A DNA stretch of 60,065 bases from a virus (Duplodnaviria > Caudoviricetes): the IMG/VR virus record IMGVR_UViG_3300025120_000052, positions 1 through 60,065 of that record; one strand, given 5' to 3'. Under the pieces are notes generated by a model that was not told the DNA's origin, did not search any database, and worked only from the letters and a program-made list of their open reading frames with translations. A program made the position numbers and the translations under genes. Shown one piece after another: positions 1 through 10,456 of the stretch. The first letter of the stretch is position 1. Each line of letters opens with the position of its first letter.

Positions 1-146
1 ATTTATTCGAAGCACCTAACCCAACAGAGGATGTTAGTGTTGAGGTTGAGGTCATGGAGCCTTCAAGTACGCGGACTCAACCGATTCAAGTTACTCCTGA
101 TAGCCCCACTCAGGGCGGCATCAATAAAGAGAACAGAGAACTACAA
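1..146 (+). repeat. Terminal direct overlap, copy 1 (circular assembly junction)
   Basis: Identical to 59920-60065 except position 20 (c) vs 59939 (a). Confidence 0.97.
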
Positions 147-3100
147 GAGGTAAACCAAGCGGAGATGGACAAGGCTCTTGTTGAGCAAGACCTTGTAAGG
201 AAACAAGAGAAATCTGCTCAGCTTGATACAGCACGAGCCATTGAACTTGGTAAAGAATCTACCAAGGCTATGCTTGCTCAAGTAAATGAAGAACTCATCT
301 CACTAGAAGAAGAAGAGGTAGTTCCTAAATTGAGAAGTCTATTTAAAGGACGAGGGTTTACGTTTGAAGAAACAGGTATCGGAGATAAAGTTCGTGTCCG
401 TACTACGGACGGGATGCACTCGTTAGATATTTCTTTAGACAACTTCCTCAACTCTAGCGATGTGGCAGAGTCTGCTGAACTGCAGACGTTTTTGCGTACC
501 CACATTAACCCTGAAATTGCAGCACCTAACGAAGACCAAATCAGCAAGGCTTTGCGTGCACAAGAGATGCGCGATTCAGAAAGATGGAATGATGACGGCA
601 CCGCATCTACGGTAAAGTTCATGTCCTATGAAGAGGATGGGGTATACAAAGTAGCACCCACTTTATTTCCTAGGAGTACCGTACAGAAGTCAAGTCCACG
701 TCAAGGTGATTGGCTAGAACTTGAGGGCGATGAAGCTATCAGAGAAGCTGAACGTCGAGGTGAGGTATTTAATTTTACTTCAGAAGAAGAGGCGGAGGCT
801 TTTGCTAAAGGCTCTTGGAAGACCACCAATGTCGTTGACATAGAGGCTCAGAAATTTTACAACGGCTACGGAAGGGATTACTTGTCAGACCGTAATGCCT
901 ACGACAACTACATGAACGCTCGTGACGCTCGTATTTTTCTTGAAGAGCAAATCGAAATCTCAGAAGACAATAGGTGGGGAGGAGTGGGTCAGTATCAGGA
1001 CTTGTCTCCTCAAGAGCAGGAGCAATACGCTGAGTATTTTAGAGAAGACGGAAGCCTTCGAGGAGATGCTGCAGAGATAGCCGAGAAATTAGATGATGAA
1101 GCGGCTGAACTATGGAAGATAGTTGACGGAAATGATTTCCGAGTGGCTCAAGAAGACTTGGATGTTTTCTTAGAGAAGCGGCATAAAGCATCTGCTCAGA
1201 CCGCAGCCAACATGAACTACGAGGCGAGAGCCATAGAGCAAGGGCTTTCAAACCAAGCACTAAATGAGTTTGGTATTACTCTAGACCAACTCACTACTTA
1301 TGAGCCTAAGTCTGCAGCCGAGCGTCTCAGACTAGATGAGATGATTAAGGTGGAGAATAGTGTTCGTGCTACTAAAACAGCAGCCGCTTTAAAATATGAG
1401 ACTGCCCTAACGTATTACGATACCAAGGCAAACAAAGACATAGGTGTAGAATTTACAGATAACCTAGAAGGGTGGGCTACAGCTACTGCTGATGGATACA
1501 AAAATGGTAAGGCCGCACAAGAGTTGCTTTACTTAGCTATGGGAATCTATGGGGAAGATGAGGTTGAGCAACGGTTAGCGGCTGAACGTATGACTGAGTG
1601 GATGAACTCAGTAGACGGAAGGCAATCGCGTGCCATGTCCCGTTTTGATTCTGCTGAAGATGGATTCAATAGAGAGGTAAGGAGCGCAATTGCTCGCGAC
1701 CCGTTTGAAGTAATGCTCACATGGGCGGCATCATCACTGTCTCAGATAGTTCCTTATGGTGCTAAGATTATTCCTTCCTTTGTTGGTGTAGGCGCAGGTA
1801 TTGGTGCAGCTTATGGAGCAGCAGGATTTAATCCCGTAACAGTTGCCGCAGGTGCAGGCACGGGGGCAACATGGGGATTGCGTACAGGATTTGCAGCTAC
1901 CAACCTTGTATTGGAATACACTAACGGTGTGCTTGACGCGGGCCGTGAGCAGGGATACAATATGAACGACCCTCAGGATGCCGCAAGAGCATTCTCTGAC
2001 TCAGAGGTTTGGGAGCGAGGTCGCGAAAGAGGTTTGAAGCGTGGCATACCCATTGCCGTAATGGATATTTTCATGGGCGGATTGGCGGGTAGAATTTTTA
2101 AACCTGTTGCTGTTGCGAGTAAAGCACGAAAAATAGGAGCATTTGCCGCAGAGCGTGCTATCGTTGACCCTACCGCAGAAGCTACAGGTGAGTTGCTTGC
2201 ACAATTAAATGTAGGCGACGAGATTTCAATCAAAGAAATCATGGCTGAGTTTGGTGGTGCAGTAGGAAACCAATCAAGCAATGCCGCTGTAAACATTTAC
2301 CGGTCTACTCGTGGAGGATACAATCAACGTATCGCTCAGAACATGATGGATGTAAGATTAATGGCGGCAGATGGAGCCACTGACTCTCAGATTCAAACGT
2401 GGACAAACAACATGAAAAAGCTAGGCAAGATTACGCCTGAGCAAGCGCAGAAAATTTTAGAAAATGTAGGGATACGTCGTGAAGCCAATGAACTTCTTGG
2501 GGTTACTGCTCCGTCTAGAATTGGAATTGGAAAAAAGAAACGAGCAAGGGTAATGGAACTGCTTGATGTACGAGCAGGTCTTCAATCATCTACTAATACT
2601 CGCGAGATTTTTTCTACAGAGATTAAAGCGATTAACGAAGAGTTGGCCGCTATTAGTAGAACCAACAATCTCGTGGAGAGTCCTGTCAATCTAGACAACA
2701 TCAACAGGAGAGATGGCCTTGGAAGACGTACCGTTCCAAGCTATAGAATTGGAAACACTTTGTACTCAAAGAATGATTTTCTTTCTTACATCGAAAACCT
2801 TAGTCCTCGAAGAGCGAACAAGATTTTAAAGGACAGTCAAGTAATTAATGACGAAGAAACTTCTCTCCTAGTCGAGGAGAAACTAAAACCATTTGTTTCG
2901 CAAGAGACAACAGAAACTACAGAAGATGCCATTCAAGAGCGAAGCACAGAGACGGTGGATGTACAAGAACAAACCACAGATGGCGAAGCAGTGGGAGAGC
3001 GAAACCCCGTCGGGGAATTTACCGAAGAGGTTGAAGTCGAAGACCAAGTTGGGGAGACGACGAGCGAGGAGACAAGCGAGGAAGTCTTAGACCAAGACAC

Positions 3101-6100
3101 TCAAGAAGCTGTTGATTTAGAAGCTGCCGACCTAGAGCAATCATTGGGTCTTGAGCCTGTGGCTGAACAGCCTGTGGCTGAACAGCCTGTGGCTGAACAA
3201 CCTGTGGCTGAACAACCTGTGGCTGAACAAGATAAGGACGCTCTTGTTCTCAGGTCTAACAAAGCGGAGCGGGAAGTAAAAGAAGTAAAGAATGACTTTA
3301 AAAAACAACGAGCAAAAATTAAAAGGCGTAAAGCATCGGATGCGAAAGACGCAGCATTAGCTGCTTTGGATACAGAAGAATCAACTGCTATTGAAGAAAT
3401 ACGTAAAGACTCTAGGATAGTAAAGGCAGCAATTTCCGTCGCAATGGGCAAAGGGTTGCCTAAGTTTGCACAGAAAGGAGGCAAGTTTGAGGCCACCGCA
3501 GAACAGCTACAACGAATAGCTTCTTTGGCGGGGGTTGAGGTAGAGACTATTACAGAAAGTGAGAGTTCAAACTCTCGTCCTGAATTTAGATTGAAGGGTG
3601 AGTCTCTTGAGTTACCTCAAAACGAAACCGACGCTGAGACTGTGGCTGTTCTTGAAGCCATGAATGAGGTGGGTGCTCAAATGGAAGCCGAACAGAATCA
3701 AGAGTTGTCCGACATTGATTCTCGTTTAAAGCTGAACAAAAATGATGCAGGTAAAACTCTTACCGTTGCTCAAAGAAAGACTCTTACTCAACGGGCCGAT
3801 GAGTTAAGACAGCGAGGTCGTGCACGAGACACTGAGTCTACCGCCACACCAATTGATATGGATGAGTTGAACTCTCGCCTTGACAATCCTCTCCCTACTA
3901 TCGAATGGAAAGTAGTAGAGGGCGTGCCTATGATTTTTAATATCTCCGACCAATTGCGTACGGGAGATGTAACGAATCCTGCCACAGGCAATACCATTGA
4001 TAACCTAAAGGGCGGCCTTGGGTTTACAGGAGTAGAGGGTCATCAAGATATGGCATGGGCTAGTGTTACTCGTGATAAAGCACAGGGTCAAATTGATAAC
4101 GCGACTAAAGTATACAACGACAACAAAGAGTTCTTTACTCGTTGGTGGAAAGCTAACCCTGAGTATAATGGGTTGGTTCCTATGGCTATTGTAAAGATGG
4201 GTCAGTCTTCTATCCTCAGTAATGAAGCGGTAGTTAGAGTTCTTGGTGACAACATTTCAGCGTTACCAATAGCCCGCAGAAAGAAAGCAGTAACGGCTTT
4301 TAAAAGAGCGGTCAAGGAGTCGATTAAGATTAAGCAAGACGCTATTAAGTCAGGAGTAAAAGAACTTACACAGAAGCAGTATGCTGCCTACATAAAGGAT
4401 GCTCAAGATGTTCTTGCTATGGTTGACGTGGTTAAGCCCACGACCATTGAGCAAATACTCACACCTGAAGCATTGTCTAATCTAAAAGGTATAACCTCTG
4501 TCAATGTTATTACTGATTTGGTAATGTCAGGTCAGCCTAATGAAGTTGGTGAGAAAAAGCGAAAGCCTTCTTACTCCTTTAAAACAGCTAAGGCTGTAAT
4601 AAAAGTTTTGCTTGGAGAGAATCCAACTGAAGAGCAGAAAAAACTTTTAAATGCAGGTGTGATTACTGACTTGATTACAGAGCCACAACTAGAGGGTGTA
4701 CCTCAGCGTTCGGTATTTATGGTTCAAGGAGTGGACGTTTTGAATCCTGAGGTTTTAGAAACTAATCACCCCAACTATCCCGTTGGGCCAAGAGGTAGAA
4801 CTATTGGTGTGTTGGAGCAACCTCAATCCGTGGTTGATTTGTTCCCTGCTGTAGCAAACAATGTTCAGCTTGGTATTGCTCAAGAACAACAAGGGAGACC
4901 TAGCCGTAGTGAACGTAGCCGATTGACTCAAGTGATTCCTGTTCAAGCAGGTATGCCTAACACAGAATTTGTAGGTGCAATCGCGGGCGTTGAAAATACA
5001 GTAAGCGTACTTGACTTTTTGAACCGCTCTTTCCCTAGTGTCACGTTGTCTACAGACACCGAGACATTCTCCAATGTCATGGCATCAGAGGGAGTAAGAG
5101 AGTATCTCAAAGGAGATGAGATTGTGTATGGTGTAACCAAGGACGGAGACATCTATCTAAACCCTGATGTACACAGTAGCGAGTCGGCTCTTTACAACAC
5201 CGCTGTGCACGAGTTCGGCCACGTTTGGACTGACTACCTGCAGACCACAAAGAAAGGCCGTGAGATTTACTCTAAAGGCGCGTCTTTGGTTACTCAGACA
5301 GCAGAGTATCAGAACCAATTAAAGAAATTTAAAAGTGAGGGACTCACTGAAGAAGAAGCAAAGAAGAGAGCCGTAAATGAAACGATGGCAATACTCATTG
5401 GAAACAAGGGGGAGACCATCATCAACGCTTCGCTCAAGCAGAAATTCCAAGCATGGCTTAACGCAACGTGGACATACATCAAGGAGACATTTAAAATGTC
5501 CAAGGATTTATCTCCTGAGGAGATTCAAAACCTTACCCTTGATGAATTCTTAGGCACAGCCCTTGCTGATATTATGAGCGGCAAGCCACTGAAGCTAACA
5601 GAGTCTCAATCTAAAAAGCTAAAGAATCCGGAGGCGGCTTTTAGTAGGTCAGACTCTATGGCTGACATCATAGCAAGAGGCAGGGCTGAAGGATTTTCAG
5701 AGGCATCTATCCGTCAGGTACTTAGGTCAAGAGGTCAGAAGGTAGCCGACATCAACGCGGCTATGTTGATGAGCATGGATTTGTTTAGCGATGCAGTGGT
5801 TCCATTTGAGTTTGGAAACATTGAAGGAGGAATGGATGCAGGTATCCAACTCTTCCAACAAGTTCAATCAGAACTTGCTGCCTTTGCGCAACCTACAGTT
5901 ACCCGAACTAGTCAACGGATGAGTGCGGCAGAACGTCGCGCAAGACTTGCTGAGTTAAGAGAGAACAACCCAACGCTGTTAGAGTTGTCTGATGCAGCAT
6001 TGCTCAGAAGGTTTCCGCGTCGTGGTGTAGCTGTAGAAACCACCACTACAGAAAAGACACCCGGTGAGATTCGACAAAAGGCTCTTGAGATTTTGCGTGC

Positions 6101-9100
6101 TAACCCTACGTATCAAGCGCAGACCGAAGCGCGGCAGATGGAGTTAGCTGTTGCGTTGGACAGAGCCATTGGTATTGGTGCAAATCGAAATGTATCTAAA
6201 GAGATACGTGCTATTCGAGGGACGCTGACTCAGCGTAAGCGAGCCGTACGTGAAGTCCAATCAGTCAAGCGTCAACTACGTCAGCTTATTCGTAAATCTT
6301 TACCTAAGTCAGATGGCTATAGCCAAGCCGACATCAATAAGATTGTACGTTCTGTCGAGCGTGTTAACGAAGATAACTTCAGAGTAGAAGTAGAGAAGGT
6401 TCTTCAGGTAGTAGAAAAGCAACGGGCCAAACTAAGGAAGAAGACTCTAAAGAAGTTGATGGCCGACGTAACTCGTGGAGCAAAGAAAACTACTACCGAC
6501 ACCAAGAAGAGCCGAGCAGGTTCACTGAGCGCACAGGGACAATCGTTTGCTGCACAGTTTAAGCGTGCTCTTAAACTTGCAATGGCATCTGATGCCAAGC
6601 AAGAGGATGCAATGGAGAAGTTCATGCAACTAGCCGAGGAACTGCAGACGGATGAAGCTATTGTGGCCTTGGCTAAGAGCGCATCCGGAGAAGTCTTGAC
6701 CTCAAAAGAAGAAAGCATTGTTAACCTAGCCGTTGCTCTAGACCTTGTAAAGAACCTACCGAACATGACGTTGGAAGAGGTTCAGGCATTGGCTAATGAC
6801 TACGCTGTTGCAGCCTCAAGGTCAAGACAGGAGTTATCTGAAAGCCGTAAAAAACGTGCGCTTGAGAACGATGCTCTAAGAACTAAAGTAACAGACGCAA
6901 TGCGTCGTTCGAATCCTGATTTGTTTGATTCAGATGGAAACATTATCGGACAGAACAGAAGGAGAGCCATGCTTGATGACGTTCGAAGGTATTGGAACGA
7001 GGGTAAAGGCCAAGGCTTGTCCGCCCGTATGAGGGGCCAAGCTAAAGCCGCCAAGCTGTACGTTGAAACATACAAATGGCGAAGTGCGTTTCAAGCCGTC
7101 AAGTCTTTGATGGATGGGCTAAAGCATCTTGGTACATTCATGAACTCCATGAACGATACGCTGTACGATGAGGTCTTTAATCGCCTCAACAAGATGGACA
7201 ACAATGCGTTGAAAGGGAGGTTTAATCAAACTAAAATCCTTAATGACTTAGGCTTTGAAGAAGTTCAACAGACTTTGTTCGACAACAAAACGCTGACCAT
7301 TGAAGGGGTTAGAGAATCTAAAACAGGGAAGACATACACTGATTCGTTTAGTAAAGACCAACTGCTTAGAATCTATGCGCTATCTCTGAACCCCGTTCAA
7401 AGAAAGAAACTAGAAGAGCAGGGTTTTACCACTGATAAAATGAATGAGATTAAATCATTCTTAGGCAAAGACGCTACAGACTTTGCAGACAAGGTGGTGA
7501 ACTATCTAAGCAATGAGTACTACGAAAGCGTGAATGATGTATACCGAGAAGTAAATGACATCAACCTTAACTACGTAGAGAACTATTTCCCAACGATTAC
7601 AACTCAAGCTGAGGTTAATCCAAAGCAATTATTTGAAGGTGACTTCAACGGAATCTTTAACGCAGAGAGTGCGCCTGCCCTGAGAAATCGTGAGGACATG
7701 AAGAGTGACATTGCTTTGAAGGCAGCAAACTTTACATCTGCACTTACCTCTCACATGGAAACGATGGAGAGATACAAGGCATACGCTGATGGAGCAAAGA
7801 AGCTAAACGTAATCTTCAGCACTGATGCAGTAGACACTGCGCTTACTATGCTTGGAACTAAGTCTATGGTTAAGCAGTCCGTTAACAATGCAGTTAACCC
7901 TGATTCAGCCAAGACAGCGTTAAATCAATCAGGTAAACTGTTTAACATTTTGCAGACTCAGTTTACTTCTTTTGCTCTTGCATTCCGTGTAGTTCAAATA
8001 GGCAAGCAGGCCACATCATTCATCAATGCATTTGAGAACTACTCGTTCCGAAAGAGTGGCAAACAAAATACATTGGTTGACCTGCTTCCATTCCTGTATG
8101 ACTACGCATCGGTTATCGCACGCTCTAGGTCTTACCACAACCTAGCAATGGAGATGTCTCCTACGTATCGCTACCGTGTAGAGCAGGGCATTGCTGCTGA
8201 CCTATCAGGTCTTGAGGCGGGTTCACCTACAAGGACAGGGTTTGAACAGCGTCAGACAACGGACGCTAAGCTGTTTAGAAAGTTCAAGACAGCGGCTGCA
8301 TCACCTACTATCTTGGGTGACTTGATGGGTGTGGCCGGATACATGGCTAACTATCGTCGCAACATTCGTAATGGCATGAGCGAAGAGAAAGCTGCTGAAG
8401 CATTCAATGAGTTCAACCAAACACAGCAAAGTAGAAGAGCGACAGAGAAGTCCATTATTCAACAGAACAGCAACTACATCGTGAGGGCTTTCACTATGTT
8501 TGGTTCGACTCCAATTCTGTACATCAACAATGTGATGCAGGCGTTGAACAACATCATCAGTCCCAAGAAAAAAACTACCACTCAAGATGTGAGAAAGCTA
8601 GTGTTAAACCTTGGCGCGGCTAACGCGGCATTCGTTGCTATGTCTAACCTTGGAATTCTTTTGCGAGGAGATGACGAGGAAAAGAAAGAAGTGTTGCGTC
8701 AAATACGAAACGCAACGCTTGGTCTTAATCTTCTCTACCAAGTTCCATTCATGGGTACGGTTGCCAAGTCAGCAGAGAATTGGATTACAGGCAAGCGAAG
8801 ACCAACAGACATTGGAGTCAATCCTTTTGTGTCTCTGTTCCGTAAAATGAAGAAGGCCGCAGAGGACGACAAGGCTGTGAGCGGTGCTCTTAAGACAGTG
8901 GTTGAGATTGGCGTAGGCGCACAGCTTGACCCGTTCATAACACTGCTCGAACAAGCACGTGACATGGATGAGGTAGAGATGCGTGAGGTCTACGACATCA
9001 TTGGCTACTCTGAATCATACCGACCTGAGGTAGATAAGGAAGGATACAGAGAACTAACTCCACGGGCAAAGAAAGAACAGGAGAAGAAGGAACGAATCAA

Positions 9101-9200
9101 AGAAAAGCAAGAGAGTAATCCCGCCTTCATGAGGAGAAAAGAAAAGGAAAAGGAGGCGCGTAAAAAGCGCAGAGACCTAGAGAAGTTTGGAAGAGATTAG
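54..9200 (+). CDS. Giant virion/ejection (polyvalent-type) protein with zincin HExxH motif; true start at 59688 across the junction (~3143 aa)
   Basis: 3048-aa ORF, open upstream into 59688; AVHEFGHVW at ~5208-5222; Gly/Ala-rich hydrophobic segment; last of three large genes after the tail genes. Confidence 0.8.
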   Translation: MEPSSTRTQPIQVTPDSPTQGGINKENRELQEVNQAEMDKALVEQDLVRKQEKSAQLDTARAIELGKESTKAMLAQVNEELISLEEEEVVPKLRSLFKGRGFTFEETGIGDKVRVRTTDGMHSLDISLDNFLNSSDVAESAELQTFLRTHINPEIAAPNEDQISKALRAQEMRDSERWNDDGTASTVKFMSYEEDGVYKVAPTLFPRSTVQKSSPRQGDWLELEGDEAIREAERRGEVFNFTSEEEAEAFAKGSWKTTNVVDIEAQKFYNGYGRDYLSDRNAYDNYMNARDARIFLEEQIEISEDNRWGGVGQYQDLSPQEQEQYAEYFREDGSLRGDAAEIAEKLDDEAAELWKIVDGNDFRVAQEDLDVFLEKRHKASAQTAANMNYEARAIEQGLSNQALNEFGITLDQLTTYEPKSAAERLRLDEMIKVENSVRATKTAAALKYETALTYYDTKANKDIGVEFTDNLEGWATATADGYKNGKAAQELLYLAMGIYGEDEVEQRLAAERMTEWMNSVDGRQSRAMSRFDSAEDGFNREVRSAIARDPFEVMLTWAASSLSQIVPYGAKIIPSFVGVGAGIGAAYGAAGFNPVTVAAGAGTGATWGLRTGFAATNLVLEYTNGVLDAGREQGYNMNDPQDAARAFSDSEVWERGRERGLKRGIPIAVMDIFMGGLAGRIFKPVAVASKARKIGAFAAERAIVDPTAEATGELLAQLNVGDEISIKEIMAEFGGAVGNQSSNAAVNIYRSTRGGYNQRIAQNMMDVRLMAADGATDSQIQTWTNNMKKLGKITPEQAQKILENVGIRREANELLGVTAPSRIGIGKKKRARVMELLDVRAGLQSSTNTREIFSTEIKAINEELAAISRTNNLVESPVNLDNINRRDGLGRRTVPSYRIGNTLYSKNDFLSYIENLSPRRANKILKDSQVINDEETSLLVEEKLKPFVSQETTETTEDAIQERSTETVDVQEQTTDGEAVGERNPVGEFTEEVEVEDQVGETTSEETSEEVLDQDTQEAVDLEAADLEQSLGLEPVAEQPVAEQPVAEQPVAEQPVAEQDKDALVLRSNKAEREVKEVKNDFKKQRAKIKRRKASDAKDAALAALDTEESTAIEEIRKDSRIVKAAISVAMGKGLPKFAQKGGKFEATAEQLQRIASLAGVEVETITESESSNSRPEFRLKGESLELPQNETDAETVAVLEAMNEVGAQMEAEQNQELSDIDSRLKLNKNDAGKTLTVAQRKTLTQRADELRQRGRARDTESTATPIDMDELNSRLDNPLPTIEWKVVEGVPMIFNISDQLRTGDVTNPATGNTIDNLKGGLGFTGVEGHQDMAWASVTRDKAQGQIDNATKVYNDNKEFFTRWWKANPEYNGLVPMAIVKMGQSSILSNEAVVRVLGDNISALPIARRKKAVTAFKRAVKESIKIKQDAIKSGVKELTQKQYAAYIKDAQDVLAMVDVVKPTTIEQILTPEALSNLKGITSVNVITDLVMSGQPNEVGEKKRKPSYSFKTAKAVIKVLLGENPTEEQKKLLNAGVITDLITEPQLEGVPQRSVFMVQGVDVLNPEVLETNHPNYPVGPRGRTIGVLEQPQSVVDLFPAVANNVQLGIAQEQQGRPSRSERSRLTQVIPVQAGMPNTEFVGAIAGVENTVSVLDFLNRSFPSVTLSTDTETFSNVMASEGVREYLKGDEIVYGVTKDGDIYLNPDVHSSESALYNTAVHEFGHVWTDYLQTTKKGREIYSKGASLVTQTAEYQNQLKKFKSEGLTEEEAKKRAVNETMAILIGNKGETIINASLKQKFQAWLNATWTYIKETFKMSKDLSPEEIQNLTLDEFLGTALADIMSGKPLKLTESQSKKLKNPEAAFSRSDSMADIIARGRAEGFSEASIRQVLRSRGQKVADINAAMLMSMDLFSDAVVPFEFGNIEGGMDAGIQLFQQVQSELAAFAQPTVTRTSQRMSAAERRARLAELRENNPTLLELSDAALLRRFPRRGVAVETTTTEKTPGEIRQKALEILRANPTYQAQTEARQMELAVALDRAIGIGANRNVSKEIRAIRGTLTQRKRAVREVQSVKRQLRQLIRKSLPKSDGYSQADINKIVRSVERVNEDNFRVEVEKVLQVVEKQRAKLRKKTLKKLMADVTRGAKKTTTDTKKSRAGSLSAQGQSFAAQFKRALKLAMASDAKQEDAMEKFMQLAEELQTDEAIVALAKSASGEVLTSKEESIVNLAVALDLVKNLPNMTLEEVQALANDYAVAASRSRQELSESRKKRALENDALRTKVTDAMRRSNPDLFDSDGNIIGQNRRRAMLDDVRRYWNEGKGQGLSARMRGQAKAAKLYVETYKWRSAFQAVKSLMDGLKHLGTFMNSMNDTLYDEVFNRLNKMDNNALKGRFNQTKILNDLGFEEVQQTLFDNKTLTIEGVRESKTGKTYTDSFSKDQLLRIYALSLNPVQRKKLEEQGFTTDKMNEIKSFLGKDATDFADKVVNYLSNEYYESVNDVYREVNDINLNYVENYFPTITTQAEVNPKQLFEGDFNGIFNAESAPALRNREDMKSDIALKAANFTSALTSHMETMERYKAYADGAKKLNVIFSTDAVDTALTMLGTKSMVKQSVNNAVNPDSAKTALNQSGKLFNILQTQFTSFALAFRVVQIGKQATSFINAFENYSFRKSGKQNTLVDLLPFLYDYASVIARSRSYHNLAMEMSPTYRYRVEQGIAADLSGLEAGSPTRTGFEQRQTTDAKLFRKFKTAAASPTILGDLMGVAGYMANYRRNIRNGMSEEKAAEAFNEFNQTQQSRRATEKSIIQQNSNYIVRAFTMFGSTPILYINNVMQALNNIISPKKKTTTQDVRKLVLNLGAANAAFVAMSNLGILLRGDDEEKKEVLRQIRNATLGLNLLYQVPFMGTVAKSAENWITGKRRPTDIGVNPFVSLFRKMKKAAEDDKAVSGALKTVVEIGVGAQLDPFITLLEQARDMDEVEMREVYDIIGYSESYRPEVDKEGYRELTPRAKKEQEKKERIKEKQESNPAFMRRKEKEKEARKKRRDLEKFGRD
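2926..3090 (+). CDS. Small basic protein MPFKSEAQRRWMY..., overprinted in another frame of the giant gene
   Basis: 54-aa ORF with ATG after an A-rich leader; resembles a small phage protein family I recall as stand-alone genes (MPFKSxAQRRWM...WExETP). Confidence 0.55.
   Translation: MPFKSEAQRRWMYKNKPQMAKQWESETPSGNLPKRLKSKTKLGRRRARRQARKS
3156..3230 (+). repeat. 15-bp tandem repeat x5 (CCTGTGGCTGAACAR; PVAEQ)
   Basis: Five consecutive copies seen directly. Confidence 0.97.
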
Positions 9201-9400
9201 TGAGAGTTTAAACTCTCATCCAAAGAGTCCGCCACATCCCTGAGAATAATTAAAAGTTCTTCAGCGGTGTGGCGGGCTTGGCTTAACTCTCCGTCCATGA
9301 GTGATTCGTAAAGGTCGTCAGTGTTTTCGTGGATGTGATTCATCAAGGAGTTAACGTATGACACACGTTGTAACTCCAACACTGACAGGGGCTTTCTCAT
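9197..9400 (-). CDS. Hypothetical protein
   Basis: 67-aa ORF, last gene of the minus-strand arm, tightly packed. Confidence 0.7.
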   Translation of the reverse strand: MRKPLSVLELQRVSYVNSLMNHIHENTDDLYESLMDGELSQARHTAEELLIILRDVADSLDESLNSH

Positions 9401-9403
9401 AGG

Positions 9404-9925
9404 TTATCTAAGTCCATTAAAAAATGTCGTTAGACTGCGCTCAACTTTAGCCCTATTCCCTGAGTGTGTTCTTTCTCGTACTATCTTATAGAGTGGCGCA
9501 AGAGAATCATCAACTCTCTTTAGCCGGACGTTGTCTGATAACAGTCTATCCTTTTGCGAATTTAAGTCAGAAACTTTTAATCTCAAACTTAATACCTCTT
9601 GAATTAGGTCATACTTAGAATAAAAGTAAACATCAGGAACCTGTTCAGGAGGACTAACGTTAGCCATGACATACTCATACTTGGCTTTTAGGTTAGCGTC
9701 CTGCTTCATGATGAAGGGGAACTTAGATTTGTAATGCAAAATGGTGGCGTGGTCTTTACCTAGCAACCTTCCAACACTTGTTGATGTCATCCCACTGTTA
9801 GTGAGGATGTAAGCGCAAGTCATTCGAGCGTCTACATACTCCCTCTTCCTTGTCTTCACAACCATGTCAAGACCGAATGCATCGTTTATAATTTTAAATA
9901 CTTGTTCTGCGTATGTGGAAGTCAT
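9404..9925 (-). CDS. DnaA C-terminal (domain IV)-like HTH DNA-binding protein with coiled coil
   Basis: TRKREYVDARM...SVGRLLGKDHATILHY matches the DnaA_C pattern (R..DHxTV). Confidence 0.75.
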   Translation of the reverse strand: MTSTYAEQVFKIINDAFGLDMVVKTRKREYVDARMTCAYILTNSGMTSTSVGRLLGKDHATILHYKSKFPFIMKQDANLKAKYEYVMANVSPPEQVPDVYFYSKYDLIQEVLSLRLKVSDLNSQKDRLLSDNVRLKRVDDSLAPLYKIVRERTHSGNRAKVERSLTTFFNGLR

Positions 9926-10248
9926 TTTTCGGTGTCAATTAAATAAGAGTCTGCTATGATGTAATCAAGGTAGGAATCACAATCAATAGTCGTAAGGTCA
10001 AGGAACAAAGGTGGCTCTCCATCTTGATGTAAGAACTCAACCATAAAAAACAAAGGCTCTTCCCCTTTTAAAACGCCACCTATTTCTTGCACCCACCCAT
10101 CCTTCTTTGGTAGATACGGAGCGTTGTCTTCAATCAATCTGAGAATGTCAACTAAGTCTTGTTTAGCATGCTGACGCAAGCTGACGATGAAACCTTCATC
10201 GTATTCGTATGGCCTTTCAACCTCGGTATACCTCTGTCTTGAGTCCAT
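9922..10248 (-). CDS. Hypothetical acidic protein
   Basis: 108-aa ORF overlapping its neighbours. Confidence 0.7.
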   Translation of the reverse strand: MDSRQRYTEVERPYEYDEGFIVSLRQHAKQDLVDILRLIEDNAPYLPKKDGWVQEIGGVLKGEEPLFFMVEFLHQDGEPPLFLDLTTIDCDSYLDYIIADSYLIDTEK

Positions 10249-10456
10249 GTGATTCTAATTCTTTAATTCTAAACTCTTGAAGTTTTGAGAGCCTTCCTTT
10301 GGGACGCTTAACCTCACTAAAAATAACTCCACAATCAGGGGGGATAGCTATCAGGTCGGGGATTCCATTCTTGTTAGTCTGCACCAACTTAATGACATAG
10401 TATCCCTGCGCTTCAAGTTCCTTAATCCTTTTGCTTTGTATCTGTTGCTCGGTCAT
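10217..10456 (-). CDS. VRR-NUC family nuclease (Holliday junction resolvase-like)
   Basis: E..IQ, GIPDL, F.EVK...G.LS..Q motifs. Confidence 0.85.
   Translation of the reverse strand: MTEQQIQSKRIKELEAQGYYVIKLVQTNKNGIPDLIAIPPDCGVIFSEVKRPKGRLSKLQEFRIKELESHGLKTEVYRG

Noticed and set aside
3864-3876. Degenerate palindrome copies (GAGTTGAACTCTC here, and ~20580)
   Set aside because: They contain indels or several mismatches, so they were not counted among the 15.
278-8965. Many antisense ORFs within long genes, here and genome-wide
   Set aside because: Shadow ORFs opposite well-supported genes, with no recognisable motifs.
54-9200. Virion RNA polymerase as in crAss-like or N4 phages
   Set aside because: I found no DxDxD catalytic motif or other RNAP signature, and host-type promoters are present throughout.
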